The position numbers and the translations under genes are program-made. Below, piece by piece: positions 47,026-57,905 of a stretch of DNA of 64,000 bases. This DNA is from Minisyncoccota bacterium. GTDB taxonomy: Bacteria > Patescibacteriota > Minisyncoccia > Phycocordibacterales > UBA12079. The stretch's first letter is position 1. Every line of letters begins with the position of its first letter. The notes beneath the pieces were generated by a model. It saw only the letters and a program-made list of their open reading frames with translations. It was not told the DNA's origin and ran no database searches. Where the stretch lies: NCBI GenBank assembly GCA_023140255.1, contig JAGLLX010000010.1, forward strand, positions 19,774 to 83,773, read 5' to 3'.

Positions 47026-48978
47026 TTACTCAGTTTTTGGAGCATCTCCATTTTCCTTATCTCCTTCAGAATTTTCATCTGTAGATTCATATTCAGCATC
47101 ACGAACATTTCCCTCTTTATTATCTTCGGAGGTGCTTTCTCCTTCAGCAGGAGCTTGTTTCGCTTGTTCTTCTTGCATTTTTTTCATCACCTCTTCTCCA
47201 ATTTTTTGCATTGAAGTTGAAAGTTCATCTGTTGCTTTTTTAATTGCATCAATATCAGAACCATCTTTTACTTTCTTTAATTCTTCCACCTTAACATTTA
47301 CATCATTTTTAATCTCTTCTGAAACTTTCTCTTCATTTTCTTTTATTGATTTTTCTGCTGTATGAATAAATTGTTCTGCTGTATTTTTTATTTCTATTTC
47401 TTCTTTTTTCTTTTTATCTTCATCAGCATGTAATTCAGCATCTTTTTTCATTTTTTCAACATCTTCATCTGTTAAACCAGAAGAAGCTTCAATTTTAACT
47501 GACTGTTCCTTTCCGCTAGCTTTATCAATAGCTTTTACATTTAAAATTCCATTAGCATCAATATCAAAAGAAACTTCTACTTGTGGGATACCTCTAGGAG
47601 CAGGAGTAATTCCTTCTAAAATAAATCTCCCCAAGCTTTTATTATCAATTGCTAAAGATCTTTCTCCTTGAGTAATATGAATTTCTACAGACGGTTGATT
47701 ATCTACTGCTGTAGAAAAAATTTGAGATTTTGAAGTTGGAATAGTTGTATTCTTTTCAATTAATTTTGTAGCCACTCCTCCCATTGTTTCTATTCCTAAA
47801 GACAAAGGAATAACATCTAACAAAAGAACATCCTTAACATCTCCTTGTAAAATACCTGCTTGGATAGCGGCTCCATCAGCTACAACCTCATCAGGGTTAA
47901 TAGACTGATTTGGTTCTTTATTAAATAATTTTTTTACAGCATCTTTAATTGCTGGCATTCTAGTTTGCCCTCCTACTAAGATAACTTCGTCTATATCAGA
48001 AATTTCAAAAGGTGAAGCTTCAACAGCTCGCTTTGTAATTTCAATTGATTTTTGAATATATTCATCGGCTAATTCCTCTAACTTAGCTCTAGTCATTTTT
48101 AAAAGAAGATGTTTCGGTCCGTCTTCTCCAGAAGTAATAAACGGAATATTGATTTCTGTATCTTGAGCAGTAGAAAGTTCTAATTTAGCTTTTTCAGCTG
48201 ATTCATCTAATCTTTGTAATGCTAAAGTATCTCCACTAATATCAATACCTGAGTCTTTCTTAAATTCAGCAATAATCCATTGAATAACTTTTTGATCAAT
48301 ATCCCTTCCTCCCATATGAGAATCTCCATCAGTTGATTTAACTTCAACAGTATCGTTAGATACCTCTAAAACAGAAACATCAAATGTTCCTCCGCCAAAA
48401 TCAAAAACTACAATTTGTTGATCATTATTTTTATTAAAACCATAAGATAAAGCTGCTGCTGTTGGTTCGTTTATAATTCTTTTTACCTCTAATCCAGCAA
48501 TTTTACCTGCATCTTTAGTAGCTTGCCTTTGTGAATCATTAAAATATGCAGGAACAGTAATAACTGCTTCTGTAATAGATTCCCCTATTTTAGCTTCTGC
48601 GTCAGCTTTTAATTTTGAGATAATCATAGCTGAAATTTCTTCAGGTCTATAATTTTTATCGCCCATTTTTATTTCAACCCCTCCTGTAGCAGATTTTGAA
48701 ATTTCAAAAGGAGCAGTCTCTTTATCTTTATCTAATTCTTTATCTTCAAATTTATGACCAACAAACCTTTTAATTCCAGAAACTGTATTTTGAGGATTTG
48801 TTACTGCTTGTCTTCTAGCTAATTGCCCTACCAACCTTTCTCCTGTTTTAGAGATAGCCACTACAGAAGGAGTCGTTCTTGACCCTTCAGCATTTTCTAA
48901 AATTTTTGCTTCTCCTCCTTCAATTATTGCCATTGCGGAGTTAGTTGTTCCTAAATCAATTCCTAAAATTTTTGACAT
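47026..48978 (-). CDS. dnaK: Chaperone DnaK
   Basis: [17 protein letters not shown] and DFGGGTFD motifs. Confidence 0.98.
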   Translation of the reverse strand: MSKILGIDLGTTNSAMAIIEGGEAKILENAEGSRTTPSVVAISKTGERLVGQLARRQAVTNPQNTVSGIKRFVGHKFEDKELDKDKETAPFEISKSATGGVEIKMGDKNYRPEEISAMIISKLKADAEAKIGESITEAVITVPAYFNDSQRQATKDAGKIAGLEVKRIINEPTAAALSYGFNKNNDQQIVVFDFGGGTFDVSVLEVSNDTVEVKSTDGDSHMGGRDIDQKVIQWIIAEFKKDSGIDISGDTLALQRLDESAEKAKLELSTAQDTEINIPFITSGEDGPKHLLLKMTRAKLEELADEYIQKSIEITKRAVEASPFEISDIDEVILVGGQTRMPAIKDAVKKLFNKEPNQSINPDEVVADGAAIQAGILQGDVKDVLLLDVIPLSLGIETMGGVATKLIEKNTTIPTSKSQIFSTAVDNQPSVEIHITQGERSLAIDNKSLGRFILEGITPAPRGIPQVEVSFDIDANGILNVKAIDKASGKEQSVKIEASSGLTDEDVEKMKKDAELHADEDKKKKEEIEIKNTAEQFIHTAEKSIKENEEKVSEEIKNDVNVKVEELKKVKDGSDIDAIKKATDELSTSMQKIGEEVMKKMQEEQAKQAPAEGESTSEDNKEGNVRDAEYESTDENSEGDKENGDAPKTE

Positions 48979-49004
48979 AATATTTATTTAATTAATTTCT
49001 AATT

Positions 49005-49664
49005 TTATTGACCTACTTTAACCCTAGCTTCTCTTATTACTTTGTTATTAAGGATATACCCTTTCTGAACTACTTCTACTATTATATTCTCAGATTTTTT
49101 TTCGTCAACTTTTACTTCCTCAACCGCTATATGAAATTCTGGATTAAACTCTTCTTTCAATGGATCTATCTGTTTTACTCCATTTGCTTCTAATACTGAA
49201 AATAACTGCGAATAAATGTGCTTAACTCCCTGAGACCATTCTTTTAGATTTTTATCTAATTCATCTATATTTTTTAAAGCCATCTCAAAAGAATCTAGAA
49301 CAGGAATTATCTGTAAAATTAAATCAGTATTGGAATATTTTAATAATTCAACTCTTTGTTCCTCAAATTCTTTCCTAGCATTTACTAAATCAGCTTTAGC
49401 TCTTTGCCAACCATCTAAATATTCTTGTTTTTCTGCTATCGCTAATTTTAGTTTTTCTCTTAATTTATTAGTATCTTTATCTCCAAAAGAACTATTTATT
49501 TCTTCTTCACTATCAATAATAAAATCTTCACCATCTTCATTTGTAAATAGTTCTTTCTTCCCGTCTCCTCGACGGGTCACCGATGAGGCGACTTCTTCTG
49601 TTTCTATAACAAAATCATCTTCTATATTATTTATATCTTTTTTTTCTTCGTTATTTTTTGACAT
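49005..49664 (-). CDS. grpE: Nucleotide exchange factor GrpE
   Basis: WQRAKADLVNARK, FNPEFH and QKGY..N.KVIREARV motifs; upstream of dnaK. Confidence 0.95.
   Translation of the reverse strand: MSKNNEEKKDINNIEDDFVIETEEVASSVTRRGDGKKELFTNEDGEDFIIDSEEEINSSFGDKDTNKLREKLKLAIAEKQEYLDGWQRAKADLVNARKEFEEQRVELLKYSNTDLILQIIPVLDSFEMALKNIDELDKNLKEWSQGVKHIYSQLFSVLEANGVKQIDPLKEEFNPEFHIAVEEVKVDEKKSENIIVEVVQKGYILNNKVIREARVKVGQ
49560..49592. repeat. 33-nt two-hairpin element in frame within grpE
   Basis: cccgtc-tcctc-gacggg + tcacc-gatga-ggcgac; related to 34853-34882. Confidence 0.65.
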
Positions 49665-49726
49665 AATATCTAAAGGGCAGGGCGAAGCCCCGCCCTTTAT
49701 AATTAATTAAGAAAAAATTAAATTAA

Positions 49727-50137
49727 TTATCGTTTATTCCATTGTGGAGCTCTTCTCGCTTTCTTCAAACCAAATTTCTTTCTCTCTTTCATTCTAGGAT
49801 CTCTTCTCAAAAATCCTTCTTTTTTAAGATCTTTTTTAAATTCTTCGTCTATCTTTAATAAAATTCTAGCAATTCCATGTCTTACAGCCTCAGCTTGTGC
49901 ATGAATTCCTCCCCCTTTAACCAATATAGAAACAGAAAACTTAGCATCTAATTTAACAGTATTAAAAGCATCTTTTACGATAGCCTGCAATTCTTCTGTA
50001 GGAAAATAATCAGATAACTTAGCATCGTTAACAATATAAGAACTTTTCCCAGCCTCAGTTAATCTTACTCGAGCAGTAGCTGTTTTTCTTCTTCCTATCG
50101 CTTCAATATATTTTTTTGATTTTGTTTTTGTAGCCAT
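49727..50137 (-). CDS. rpsI: 30S ribosomal protein S9
   Basis: GRRKTATARV, GGG..AQAEA and ERKKFGLKKAR motifs. Confidence 0.97.
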   Translation of the reverse strand: MATKTKSKKYIEAIGRRKTATARVRLTEAGKSSYIVNDAKLSDYFPTEELQAIVKDAFNTVKLDAKFSVSILVKGGGIHAQAEAVRHGIARILLKIDEEFKKDLKKEGFLRRDPRMKERKKFGLKKARRAPQWNKR

Positions 50138-50148
50138 TTATCTAATCT

Positions 50149-50493
50149 CTATTCATTAATTATTAAATTTTTCATTATTAACGGACGAAGTTTATTTCCT
50201 GGAAGCATTCCGTAAACGGCTTTTCTTAAAACTTCAGTATAACCTTTGTCAGCAATAACTTTTTCCATATTTTCAACCTTTCTTCCTCCTGGAAAACCTG
50301 AATATCTTTGATATTCTTTTTGCTTCATTTTCTTTTTAGCAATATCTAATTTTGAAGCGTTGCTTACATTTACTTTTACGTCAACTACTTGATTTTTAGT
50401 AAAATCAGGTTTATTTTTCCCCATTAACAAAATTGCTATTTTAGTAGCTAATCTTCCTAACTTTTCTCCTGTTGCATCTAAATTATATTCCAT
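50149..50493 (-). CDS. rplM: 50S ribosomal protein L13 (short)
   Basis: DATGEKLGRLAT, GKNKP and AVYGMLP motifs. Confidence 0.95.
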   Translation of the reverse strand: MEYNLDATGEKLGRLATKIAILLMGKNKPDFTKNQVVDVKVNVSNASKLDIAKKKMKQKEYQRYSGFPGGRKVENMEKVIADKGYTEVLRKAVYGMLPGNKLRPLIMKNLIINE

Positions 50494-50503
50494 AATAATA
50501 TTA

Positions 50504-50860
50504 TTAAACTAATTCTATCTGAGCCATAGAGCTTCCATCTCCCTGTCTAGGAGTTAATTTTGTAATACGAGTATAACCTCCACTTCTTTCTTTATATTTT
50601 GTTGCTAACTCTGTAGTTAATTTTTTAACTATATCTAAATTTTCACTTCCTAATCTAGCTCTCAATAATCTTTTTGTAAAAATAGAATCTTTTTTCCCTC
50701 TTGTAATTAATTTTTCTACATAGGGTCTTAATTCTTTAGCTTTAGCTTCTGTTGTTTTTATACTTTTCTTATCTAAAAGAGACACAGCTAAAGACGCTAA
50801 CAAAGCTTTTCTTTGTTTCCTTACTCTCCCAAATTTTCTATTAGTATTATGATGTCTCAT
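50504..50860 (-). CDS. rplQ: 50S ribosomal protein L17
   Basis: MRH, IKTTEAKAK and GGYTRI motifs. Confidence 0.97.
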   Translation of the reverse strand: MRHHNTNRKFGRVRKQRKALLASLAVSLLDKKSIKTTEAKAKELRPYVEKLITRGKKDSIFTKRLLRARLGSENLDIVKKLTTELATKYKERSGGYTRITKLTPRQGDGSSMAQIELV

Positions 50861-50872
50861 GATAATTAAATT

Positions 50873-51847
50873 TTATTTTTGTTTTAACATAATTCCGAAA
50901 TTACTCAAAGCTCTCTTCACTTCTTGAATTCCTTTTGCTCCTAACCCCTCTAAAGCTAACAAGTCATCTTCTGTTTTCTTAATTAACCCACCAACTGTTC
51001 TAATACTTGCTTCTGACAAAGCATTAGATGTTCTTAGTGATAGATTTAAAGAATCAACTCTTGTCTTTAAGAAATCAGTATCCATTTCTTCTTTAGTTTC
51101 CTTATCGTCTTTAGTAACTTGCTGTTTTTCTTCTTCTGAAATTTCAATATTTTCTTCTTCAAAGCCAACAATAGCAGATAATTGTTTAATCATTATTTCA
51201 ATAGATTTTTCTAAAGCTTCCTGAGGTAGAATTGTTCCATCTGTTTCTATAAAAATAGATAGTCGGTTAAAGTCTGTTTTATCTCCTACTCTCATATTTT
51301 CAACTTCATAACTTACTCGTCTAATAGGAGTAAAAGAAGCATCTAAAATAATCATTCCTATATTTGTTCTTTCTTCGGCCTGATCTTCCTTACTAATATA
51401 TCCCAAACCTTTCTTCACTGTGATCTTCATATCCAAAGAACTTTTAGCACTAGTTAAAGTAGCTATTTCTAATTCAGGATTCATTATTTCTACCTGTCCG
51501 TTTTTATCAATATCCTTAGCAATAACTGTTTTTACTCCACCAACTTTTAAAGTTAAAATTTGCGGTTCATCTGTTAATAACTTAATTCTTAATTTTTTAA
51601 TATTCAATAAAATTCTAATTACATCCTCTTTAATTCCATCAATTGTAGAAAATTCATGTTCTACACCTTCTATTTCAACAGAAGTAACAGATGTTCCAGG
51701 CAAAGAAGATAAAATTATTCTTCTTAAAGAATTTCCTAAAGTATGCCCATACCCAGGATATAAGCCATCAATTTGATAAAAACCTTTAAAACCCTCATCT
51801 TTGATGATTTTAGGCTTTGATGGTAATAAGATATTGTATTCAGACAT
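50873..51847 (-). CDS. rpoA: RNA polymerase alpha subunit
   Basis: GYGHTLGNSLRR, HEFSTIDGIKED and alpha-CTD LSLRTSNAL motifs. Confidence 0.98.
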   Translation of the reverse strand: MSEYNILLPSKPKIIKDEGFKGFYQIDGLYPGYGHTLGNSLRRIILSSLPGTSVTSVEIEGVEHEFSTIDGIKEDVIRILLNIKKLRIKLLTDEPQILTLKVGGVKTVIAKDIDKNGQVEIMNPELEIATLTSAKSSLDMKITVKKGLGYISKEDQAEERTNIGMIILDASFTPIRRVSYEVENMRVGDKTDFNRLSIFIETDGTILPQEALEKSIEIMIKQLSAIVGFEEENIEISEEEKQQVTKDDKETKEEMDTDFLKTRVDSLNLSLRTSNALSEASIRTVGGLIKKTEDDLLALEGLGAKGIQEVKRALSNFGIMLKQK

Positions 51848-51930
51848 AATAATTTAGCTTTTAATTATTAATTATTAAAAAATTATAATAATAGTTCATT
51901 ATAATACATCATTTTAGGCATTTTTACAAA

Positions 51931-52542
51931 TTAACGCCCATAAAATTCTAAAATAATTTTAAAATCAAATATTTCTTGACTTTCTAATTTAGGTTCACCG
52001 ATAACTTTCCCTTCTTTTTTCTTAATGTCAAAACTTAACCAATTAACTGAAGTTGTATTTTTTATTTTATCCTGCAAATCAGTAAAAACAGCTTTTTCTT
52101 GACTTCCTTTTCTAATCTCTATTTTATCACCTACTTTAGTTTTATATGAAGCAACAGATAACTTTTTTCCATTTACAACAATATGCCCATGAGAAACTAA
52201 TTGTCTCGCCATAGCTCTAGTAGGAGCTAATCCTAATCGATATATAACATTATCTAATCTTGATTCTAGTCTATTATATAAAAAATCAGCAGGACTTTTA
52301 GCTTTTTGAGCCATAGCTTCTTTAACATATCTAGATAATTGTTTTTCTCTAATACCATAAGAAAAACGTAATTTTTGTTTTTCAATCAACTGTAAACCAT
52401 ACTGAGAAGGCATCTTCTTTCTTTTTTGTGTTCTATTTCCACTTTTTCTTGCTTCAGATAAAGCGTATTTTTGAGTTTGTGTCTTTTCAAAAAGACTCGC
52501 CCCCAACCTTCTACATAATTTATATTTTGTTTTTATAATCAT
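51931..52542 (-). CDS. rpsD: 30S ribosomal protein S4
   Basis: QLIEKQK, LESRLDN and ARQLVSHGH motifs. Confidence 0.97.
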   Translation of the reverse strand: MIIKTKYKLCRRLGASLFEKTQTQKYALSEARKSGNRTQKRKKMPSQYGLQLIEKQKLRFSYGIREKQLSRYVKEAMAQKAKSPADFLYNRLESRLDNVIYRLGLAPTRAMARQLVSHGHIVVNGKKLSVASYKTKVGDKIEIRKGSQEKAVFTDLQDKIKNTTSVNWLSFDIKKKEGKVIGEPKLESQEIFDFKIILEFYGR

Positions 52543-52567
52543 AAAATTAGTTTTTCTTTTTTAACTT

Positions 52568-53011
52568 TTATACTCTTCTTGGTTTTTTTGGTCTTGGCCC
52601 ATTATGTGGAATGGGAGTCTTATCTTTAATTGAATCAATATGGATTCCTTTTGAAATAAAACCTCTAATAGAAGATTCTCGTCCTGCGCCAACTCCTTTA
52701 ACAATAATATCAACTGTCTTCACTCCCATAGATTTAGCCATTTCTCCAATTAATTCTCCAATTTTAGCAGCTGCAAAAGGAGTTCCTTTTTTAGCACCTT
52801 TAAAACCTAAAGCTCCACTTGAAGAAGTGCAAATTAAATTACCAGTTAAATCTGTCAAAGAAACAATCGTATTATTATAAGTAGATCTAATATGTAAAAT
52901 CCCTGAGTCTAATTTTCTTTTAGCTCCTTTATTTAAAAAACGTGATTTTAAAGCATTCTTTTTTGAATCACCTATTTTCCCTGTCTTTTTTATAATTCTT
53001 TTTTTTCCCAT
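52568..53011 (-). CDS. rpsK: 30S ribosomal protein S11
   Basis: STYNNT, KGTPFAA and PHNGPRP motifs. Confidence 0.97.
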   Translation of the reverse strand: MGKKRIIKKTGKIGDSKKNALKSRFLNKGAKRKLDSGILHIRSTYNNTIVSLTDLTGNLICTSSSGALGFKGAKKGTPFAAAKIGELIGEMAKSMGVKTVDIIVKGVGAGRESSIRGFISKGIHIDSIKDKTPIPHNGPRPKKPRRV

Positions 53012-53025
53012 AAAAATTTTATTTA

Positions 53026-53400
53026 TTATTTCTTTTCTTTATTTCTACCAGAACCCATTGTTTTCTTTTTCCCTCTTAATGTTCTAGCATTAGTTCTAGT
53101 TCTTTGACCTCGACAAGGTAAATTTTTAGTATGTCTAGAACCTCTGTATGACTTAATATCAATTAATCTTTTGATATTTCCACTTATCTCTCTTTTTAAA
53201 TTTCCTTCTAATTTATGTCCTTCTACAATATCTCTAATCTTTTTTTCTTCATCAGTACTTAAATCTTTTGATTTTTTTCCATAATCAACTTTAGCATCAT
53301 CTAAAATTTTATGAGCAAGGGATCTACCCACACCGTATAAAACAGTTAGTCCTATTTCTAATCTTTTTTCATCGGGGATTGTAATTCCTGAAATTCTCAT
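53026..53400 (-). CDS. rpsM: 30S ribosomal protein S13
   Basis: YRGSRH and LPCRGQRTRTNART motifs. Confidence 0.97.
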   Translation of the reverse strand: MRISGITIPDEKRLEIGLTVLYGVGRSLAHKILDDAKVDYGKKSKDLSTDEEKKIRDIVEGHKLEGNLKREISGNIKRLIDIKSYRGSRHTKNLPCRGQRTRTNARTLRGKKKTMGSGRNKEKK

Positions 53401-53435
53401 ATAATTTATATACTATATTATGTTTTTTAATTAAT

Positions 53436-53549
53436 TTATCTTTGTCGTTGTTTATGTCTTGGGTTTTCACAAATAACACAAACCCGCCCTTTTCTTCGAA
53501 CGACCTTACATTTCACACATTGTTTTTTAACTGATGATTTTATTTTCAT
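53436..53549 (-). CDS. rpmJ: 50S ribosomal protein L36
   Basis: Manual translation [37 protein letters not shown]. Confidence 0.97.
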   Translation of the reverse strand: MKIKSSVKKQCVKCKVVRRKGRVCVICENPRHKQRQR

Positions 53550-53592
53550 ACTTTTAATATTCTAAACAAGTTAAACTTATTTATATCTAAGA

Positions 53593-53823
53593 TTATTTTA
53601 ATCTTTGGACGATTCTTCCTCTACCTCCATAAGAATCCACCTTGATTTTTACTTTATCTCCTACTAACACTTTAATTCTGTGAATTCTCATTTTACCAGA
53701 CAAATAAACTAATTGAACTTCTATTTCTCCAGTATCTTTATTCTCAACTTCCGCATTAAAAAGAGTGTTGGGCAGAGCCTCAATAATAATCCCTTCTACA
53801 AATTGTTCTTCTTTATTTTCCAT
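53593..53823 (-). CDS. infA: Translation initiation factor IF-1
   Basis: EALPNTLF and SGKMRIHRIKVLVGDKV motifs. Confidence 0.95.
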   Translation of the reverse strand: MENKEEQFVEGIIIEALPNTLFNAEVENKDTGEIEVQLVYLSGKMRIHRIKVLVGDKVKIKVDSYGGRGRIVQRLK

Positions 53824-53908
53824 TATTTAAACAACGAAGGTTATTCTAACAAAAACCTTCTTTTTTTTCAAGTATTTTTATACAAAAATCTTTTTAATAA
53901 AAATTAAG

Positions 53909-55159
53909 CTAATCTGAGACGATTTCTATCTTCCCTGTACTTCTAGGAAAAGAATTTTTCCAGAAAGGTTTGATAACAATGTCTGCAGAATCAATACTTG
54001 GATATCTAGACAATATTTCATTTGTACTCTCTTTTGATTTCCCTACAAAGTCATTTTTTAAAGCTTCTTCGTCAAAAATCCACTCAAAATTACATTCTCC
54101 TTTTAGAGAAAAAACAAATCTATTTTCAACCCATGGTTCTACATCAGCTTTGTTTTTTATTTCAAAATTTAAATTCTCTAAATTAGAAATCACTAAATCA
54201 GCTCCATCATAGTCATCTATAATATTTTCAGCCACATATTTACTTAAATTATTTTTGTTAAAAATAATTGCATAAACATTAGCCTTTACTTCTACACCAA
54301 CATTATCTCCCATATCTTTAGTTCCCAAAAACTTAGTTTCTGAAAAAATACCATCTTCATACAAAACGAAACCTTCTGGAATTTGAGTTTTGATCTCTTC
54401 TGTTAATTCATTAACCAATTTACCCCCTAATTGAATCTTAACATTCTCAACATCAGTCTCAGAAGCAATTTTCTTTACTCCTTTATAACCACCACTCATA
54501 ACAGTCGTTGAACGAGCATAAAATTTATCAAACCTATCTGTCCCTTCAAAACCAGGGACAACAAAATCTTTTAATTCAATGTTGAATTTTTCTCCCGGCT
54601 GATCAGCATAAACAGTCACTTCTATACTTCCAGGAATAATTTTTCCTGTAGAGTCTTTTTCTTGTCCAGGAACAACTATTGAATTTTGAATTCTAAAAAT
54701 TAGACCTTCTGGAGTTTCAAAACGAGTATTTTTAATTAATCTTTGATTTTCAGAACTATAATTATTAAAAATAATTATTTCACCACTCGCTTTCTCTTCT
54801 ACACTCTCTTCTCCTGTTGCATTTATTGATTCTGTAACTGTCTTATCTAACATTATGATATCAAAAGGAATTCCCCCTGTTTCATTACTAGAAACAGCTA
54901 TAAAACTGGCATCAGTCCTTTTTGTAAGTTGTCTAGAAACAACGTTTATTACAACACTGGAAGAAACCAAGAAAACAAACCCAGAAAACGCAATTATTCC
55001 TATAATGATTAAAACAAGTATCTTTTTCCCAAAAGACATCTTCTTTTTTTCTATTTTTATATTAGTTATTGGATTTCGGCCTCTGCCTTTTCCATTAGGC
55101 ACAGGGATATCATGTATTGTTTTTTTAGGAGGCGTCACATCTTGTAATTTTTTATTCAT
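53909..55159 (-). CDS. Membrane-anchored hypothetical protein with baseplate-J-like domain
   Basis: TM; KASGEIIIFN...TRFETPEGLIF...ADQPGEKFNI. Confidence 0.65.
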   Translation of the reverse strand: MNKKLQDVTPPKKTIHDIPVPNGKGRGRNPITNIKIEKKKMSFGKKILVLIIIGIIAFSGFVFLVSSSVVINVVSRQLTKRTDASFIAVSSNETGGIPFDIIMLDKTVTESINATGEESVEEKASGEIIIFNNYSSENQRLIKNTRFETPEGLIFRIQNSIVVPGQEKDSTGKIIPGSIEVTVYADQPGEKFNIELKDFVVPGFEGTDRFDKFYARSTTVMSGGYKGVKKIASETDVENVKIQLGGKLVNELTEEIKTQIPEGFVLYEDGIFSETKFLGTKDMGDNVGVEVKANVYAIIFNKNNLSKYVAENIIDDYDGADLVISNLENLNFEIKNKADVEPWVENRFVFSLKGECNFEWIFDEEALKNDFVGKSKESTNEILSRYPSIDSADIVIKPFWKNSFPRSTGKIEIVSD

Positions 55160-55237
55160 ATTAATTAAGATTTGTTAAAGATTAAGGTTTTTTCTTTTTA
55201 TTCTCACATTTTACCATAAAAAACAAAAAGTATATAT

Positions 55238-57082
55238 CTATTTTTCTAATATAGCCTTGATTCTTCGCACTCCAGCACTAGAACTTTCTTCTTTGATAAT
55301 TTTTAATTTACCTAATTCTCCTGTATTTTTAACATGAGGACCTGAACAAAGCTCTTGAGAAAAATCTCCAATTTTATAAACTTTTACAATATCACCATAT
55401 TTATCAGTAAAAATCCCTGAAGCTCCTTGATTTTTAGCTTCTTCTATTGGCATTTCGTTACATTCAACAGAAATATTTTGTTTAATCACTTCATTAACTA
55501 TCTTTTCAACTTCAGTTTTCTGCTCATCAGTTAATTTTTCATCCCAAGAAAAATCAAATCTTAATCTATCCGCTGTAATATTTGAACCTTTTTGAATTAC
55601 ATTTTGACTTAAAACTTTTTGCAAAGCAGCTAAAAGTAAATGAGCGGCTGTATGTAAATGAGTAGTTTCCTCAGAATCATCAGCTAAACCAGATTTAAAT
55701 TTTCCAACAGAAGCTGTTCGTGAAAGTTCCTGATGCTCTTTCATCTTTTCTTCAAATTCTTTTTTCTTTTCTTTATAAAAAGAACTAAACATTCCGTCTT
55801 CATCAACTAAAAATCCTCTATTTTTTATTTCTTCAATTATCATCTCAAAAGGGAAACCATAAGTTTGGAAAAGGTTGAAAAAATCTTTTCCACTAATATC
55901 AAGTAATTTTGTTTTTTCTAATGGAATATTTGAAATTAAACGATTCAATTCACGAAGCCCTTTCTCCAAAGTTTTAGAAAACTGAATCTCTTCTTTATCT
56001 AATTGTTCTAAAACAAAATCCAAGTTCCTTTCTAACTCTAGGTAAATATCTTTATAAACATCAACCACCTCCTTAGCAACTTCTTTTAACCACAATTCTT
56101 GACTAATTTCTAACTGCTTTCCATAACGAATAGCTCGACGAAGTAACCTTCTTACAATATAACCTTGATCAGTATTTGAAGGAGTAAGCCCTCTATCGTC
56201 TCCTATAATAAGAACAGAAGCTTTAATGTGGTCAGCAATTACTCGCATTGCTTTAGTTACGTCTTCTGATTCTCCATACTTCTTCCCAGACAACTCTTCT
56301 ATTTTAGAGATTACATTTGTCCAAAGTTCTGTCTTATAATTATCATCTAATCCTTGCATTACTGCTGTCACTCTTTCAAGTCCAAAACCAGTATCTACAT
56401 TCTGTGAGGCTAACTTTTCAAAAACACCCTCTTCATTTTTATTAAATTCCATAAAAACATTATTCCAAACTTCCACCCACAAATCATTATCATCATTAAA
56501 TGACTGAGGAATTTTATCAATATCCCCTACCCAATAAAAAATTTCTGAATCAGGGCCACAAGGTCCTGTCTCTCCTGCAGGCCCCCACCAATTAGCATCC
56601 TTGTCTAATTTAGCGATTCTATCTTCTGGAATCCCCTCTTTTACAAAAATTTCTTTCCAAATATCATAAGCTTCTTGATCAAAGGAAGCTACCTCATCTC
56701 CTTTAAAAACAGACACAGCAAATCTCTTTGGGTCTAAAGCTAACCAATCATGAGAAGTTAAAAATTCCCAACTCCATTCTAAAGATTCTTTTTTAAAATA
56801 ATCACCTAATGACCAATTCCCCATCATCTCAAAAAAAGTATGATGAGTTGTATCACCCACTTCTTCAATATCAGTTGTTCTAATACATTTTTGAGCATCT
56901 ACTAAACGAGTTCCTTTTGGATGTTTTTCCCCCATTAAGTAAGGAATAAGCGGGTGCATACCTGCAGTTGTAAACAATACCGTTGGATCATTTTCAGGAA
57001 TAATAGACGCACTAGAAATAATTGAGTGTTTTTTTGTTTCAAAAAATTCTAAATATTTTTGTCTAAGTTCTTTCGCTAACAT
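55238..57082 (-). CDS. alaS: Alanine--tRNA ligase (lacks C-Ala domain)
   Basis: LFTTAGM, HHTFFEMMGN, GPCGP, DTGFGLER, HTAAH and ELCSGPH motifs. Confidence 0.97.
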   Translation of the reverse strand: MLAKELRQKYLEFFETKKHSIISSASIIPENDPTVLFTTAGMHPLIPYLMGEKHPKGTRLVDAQKCIRTTDIEEVGDTTHHTFFEMMGNWSLGDYFKKESLEWSWEFLTSHDWLALDPKRFAVSVFKGDEVASFDQEAYDIWKEIFVKEGIPEDRIAKLDKDANWWGPAGETGPCGPDSEIFYWVGDIDKIPQSFNDDNDLWVEVWNNVFMEFNKNEEGVFEKLASQNVDTGFGLERVTAVMQGLDDNYKTELWTNVISKIEELSGKKYGESEDVTKAMRVIADHIKASVLIIGDDRGLTPSNTDQGYIVRRLLRRAIRYGKQLEISQELWLKEVAKEVVDVYKDIYLELERNLDFVLEQLDKEEIQFSKTLEKGLRELNRLISNIPLEKTKLLDISGKDFFNLFQTYGFPFEMIIEEIKNRGFLVDEDGMFSSFYKEKKKEFEEKMKEHQELSRTASVGKFKSGLADDSEETTHLHTAAHLLLAALQKVLSQNVIQKGSNITADRLRFDFSWDEKLTDEQKTEVEKIVNEVIKQNISVECNEMPIEEAKNQGASGIFTDKYGDIVKVYKIGDFSQELCSGPHVKNTGELGKLKIIKEESSSAGVRRIKAILEK

Positions 57083-57226
57083 AATAATTTTAATTAAAAA
57101 ATAATAAATAACTAATTATAGGGTTGCAGAAGCAACCCTTATGGCAATAGCGATTTTCTCAATTAAATTAATATTCATTAATATGAGTATACATTAAGGA
57201 TTAGAAAAAATATAGTTAATTTATTT

Positions 57227-57817
57227 TTACTTATTTTCTAAAATCTTAAAATCTTTTTTAAGATCATCACGACTAAATGAGTTATATAATGCCACGGCGG
57301 GATGAAGTAAAGGAACAATTTTTATTGCCCCATAAGAAGTTTTAACCTCAAAAGATTTTCCTCTCATTTTTCCAATAGTTTCAATTTCTAAATCTAAATT
57401 AAATTTTTTCATTATATATTCTGCAGAATACCTACCCAAAGTTGCAATAATTTTAGGTTGAATAATTTCTATTTGCCTATCTAAAAAAGGCCCATAAATT
57501 TCAATTTCTTCTTCAGACGGGTCTCGATTAGCAGTTGGTCTGTCTTTAACTATGTTTGTAATATAAATATCTTCCCTTTTTAAATTAATTGAACTTAAAA
57601 GTTCATCTAAAACCCTCCCTGAAGCTCCACAAAAAGGCTGTCCTGTTTGAGCTTCATTTTTTCCAGGAGCTTCTCCCACAAACATAATTTTTGCATTATG
57701 ATCCCCTGCTCCAATGACAGGAAAAACTTTGTTTTTAATTCTTTCTGTATACAAAGGAGATTTTTTAAGATTTAAAATTTCATCCTTTATTTGTTTCATT
57801 TGTTCTGTTTTATTCAT
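57227..57817 (-). CDS. Uracil-DNA glycosylase family 4
   Basis: VGEAPG, GQPFCG, ITNIVKDRP and HPA motifs. Confidence 0.93.
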   Translation of the reverse strand: MNKTEQMKQIKDEILNLKKSPLYTERIKNKVFPVIGAGDHNAKIMFVGEAPGKNEAQTGQPFCGASGRVLDELLSSINLKREDIYITNIVKDRPTANRDPSEEEIEIYGPFLDRQIEIIQPKIIATLGRYSAEYIMKKFNLDLEIETIGKMRGKSFEVKTSYGAIKIVPLLHPAVALYNSFSRDDLKKDFKILENK

Positions 57818-57901
57818 CCCGTTAGAGATAATTTACAAAAAGTAAATAATCTTAATTTAATTGATAATTTTTAACCCCGCCAAATCTCTAACGAGATTCA
57901 T
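57813..57901 (-). mobile_element. Start-codon-associated inverted-repeat element, copy C
   Basis: Minus strand ATGAA-tctcgttagaga...tctctaacggg-ATGAA; the second ATG starts UDG. Confidence 0.75.
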
Positions 57902-57905
57902 AATT

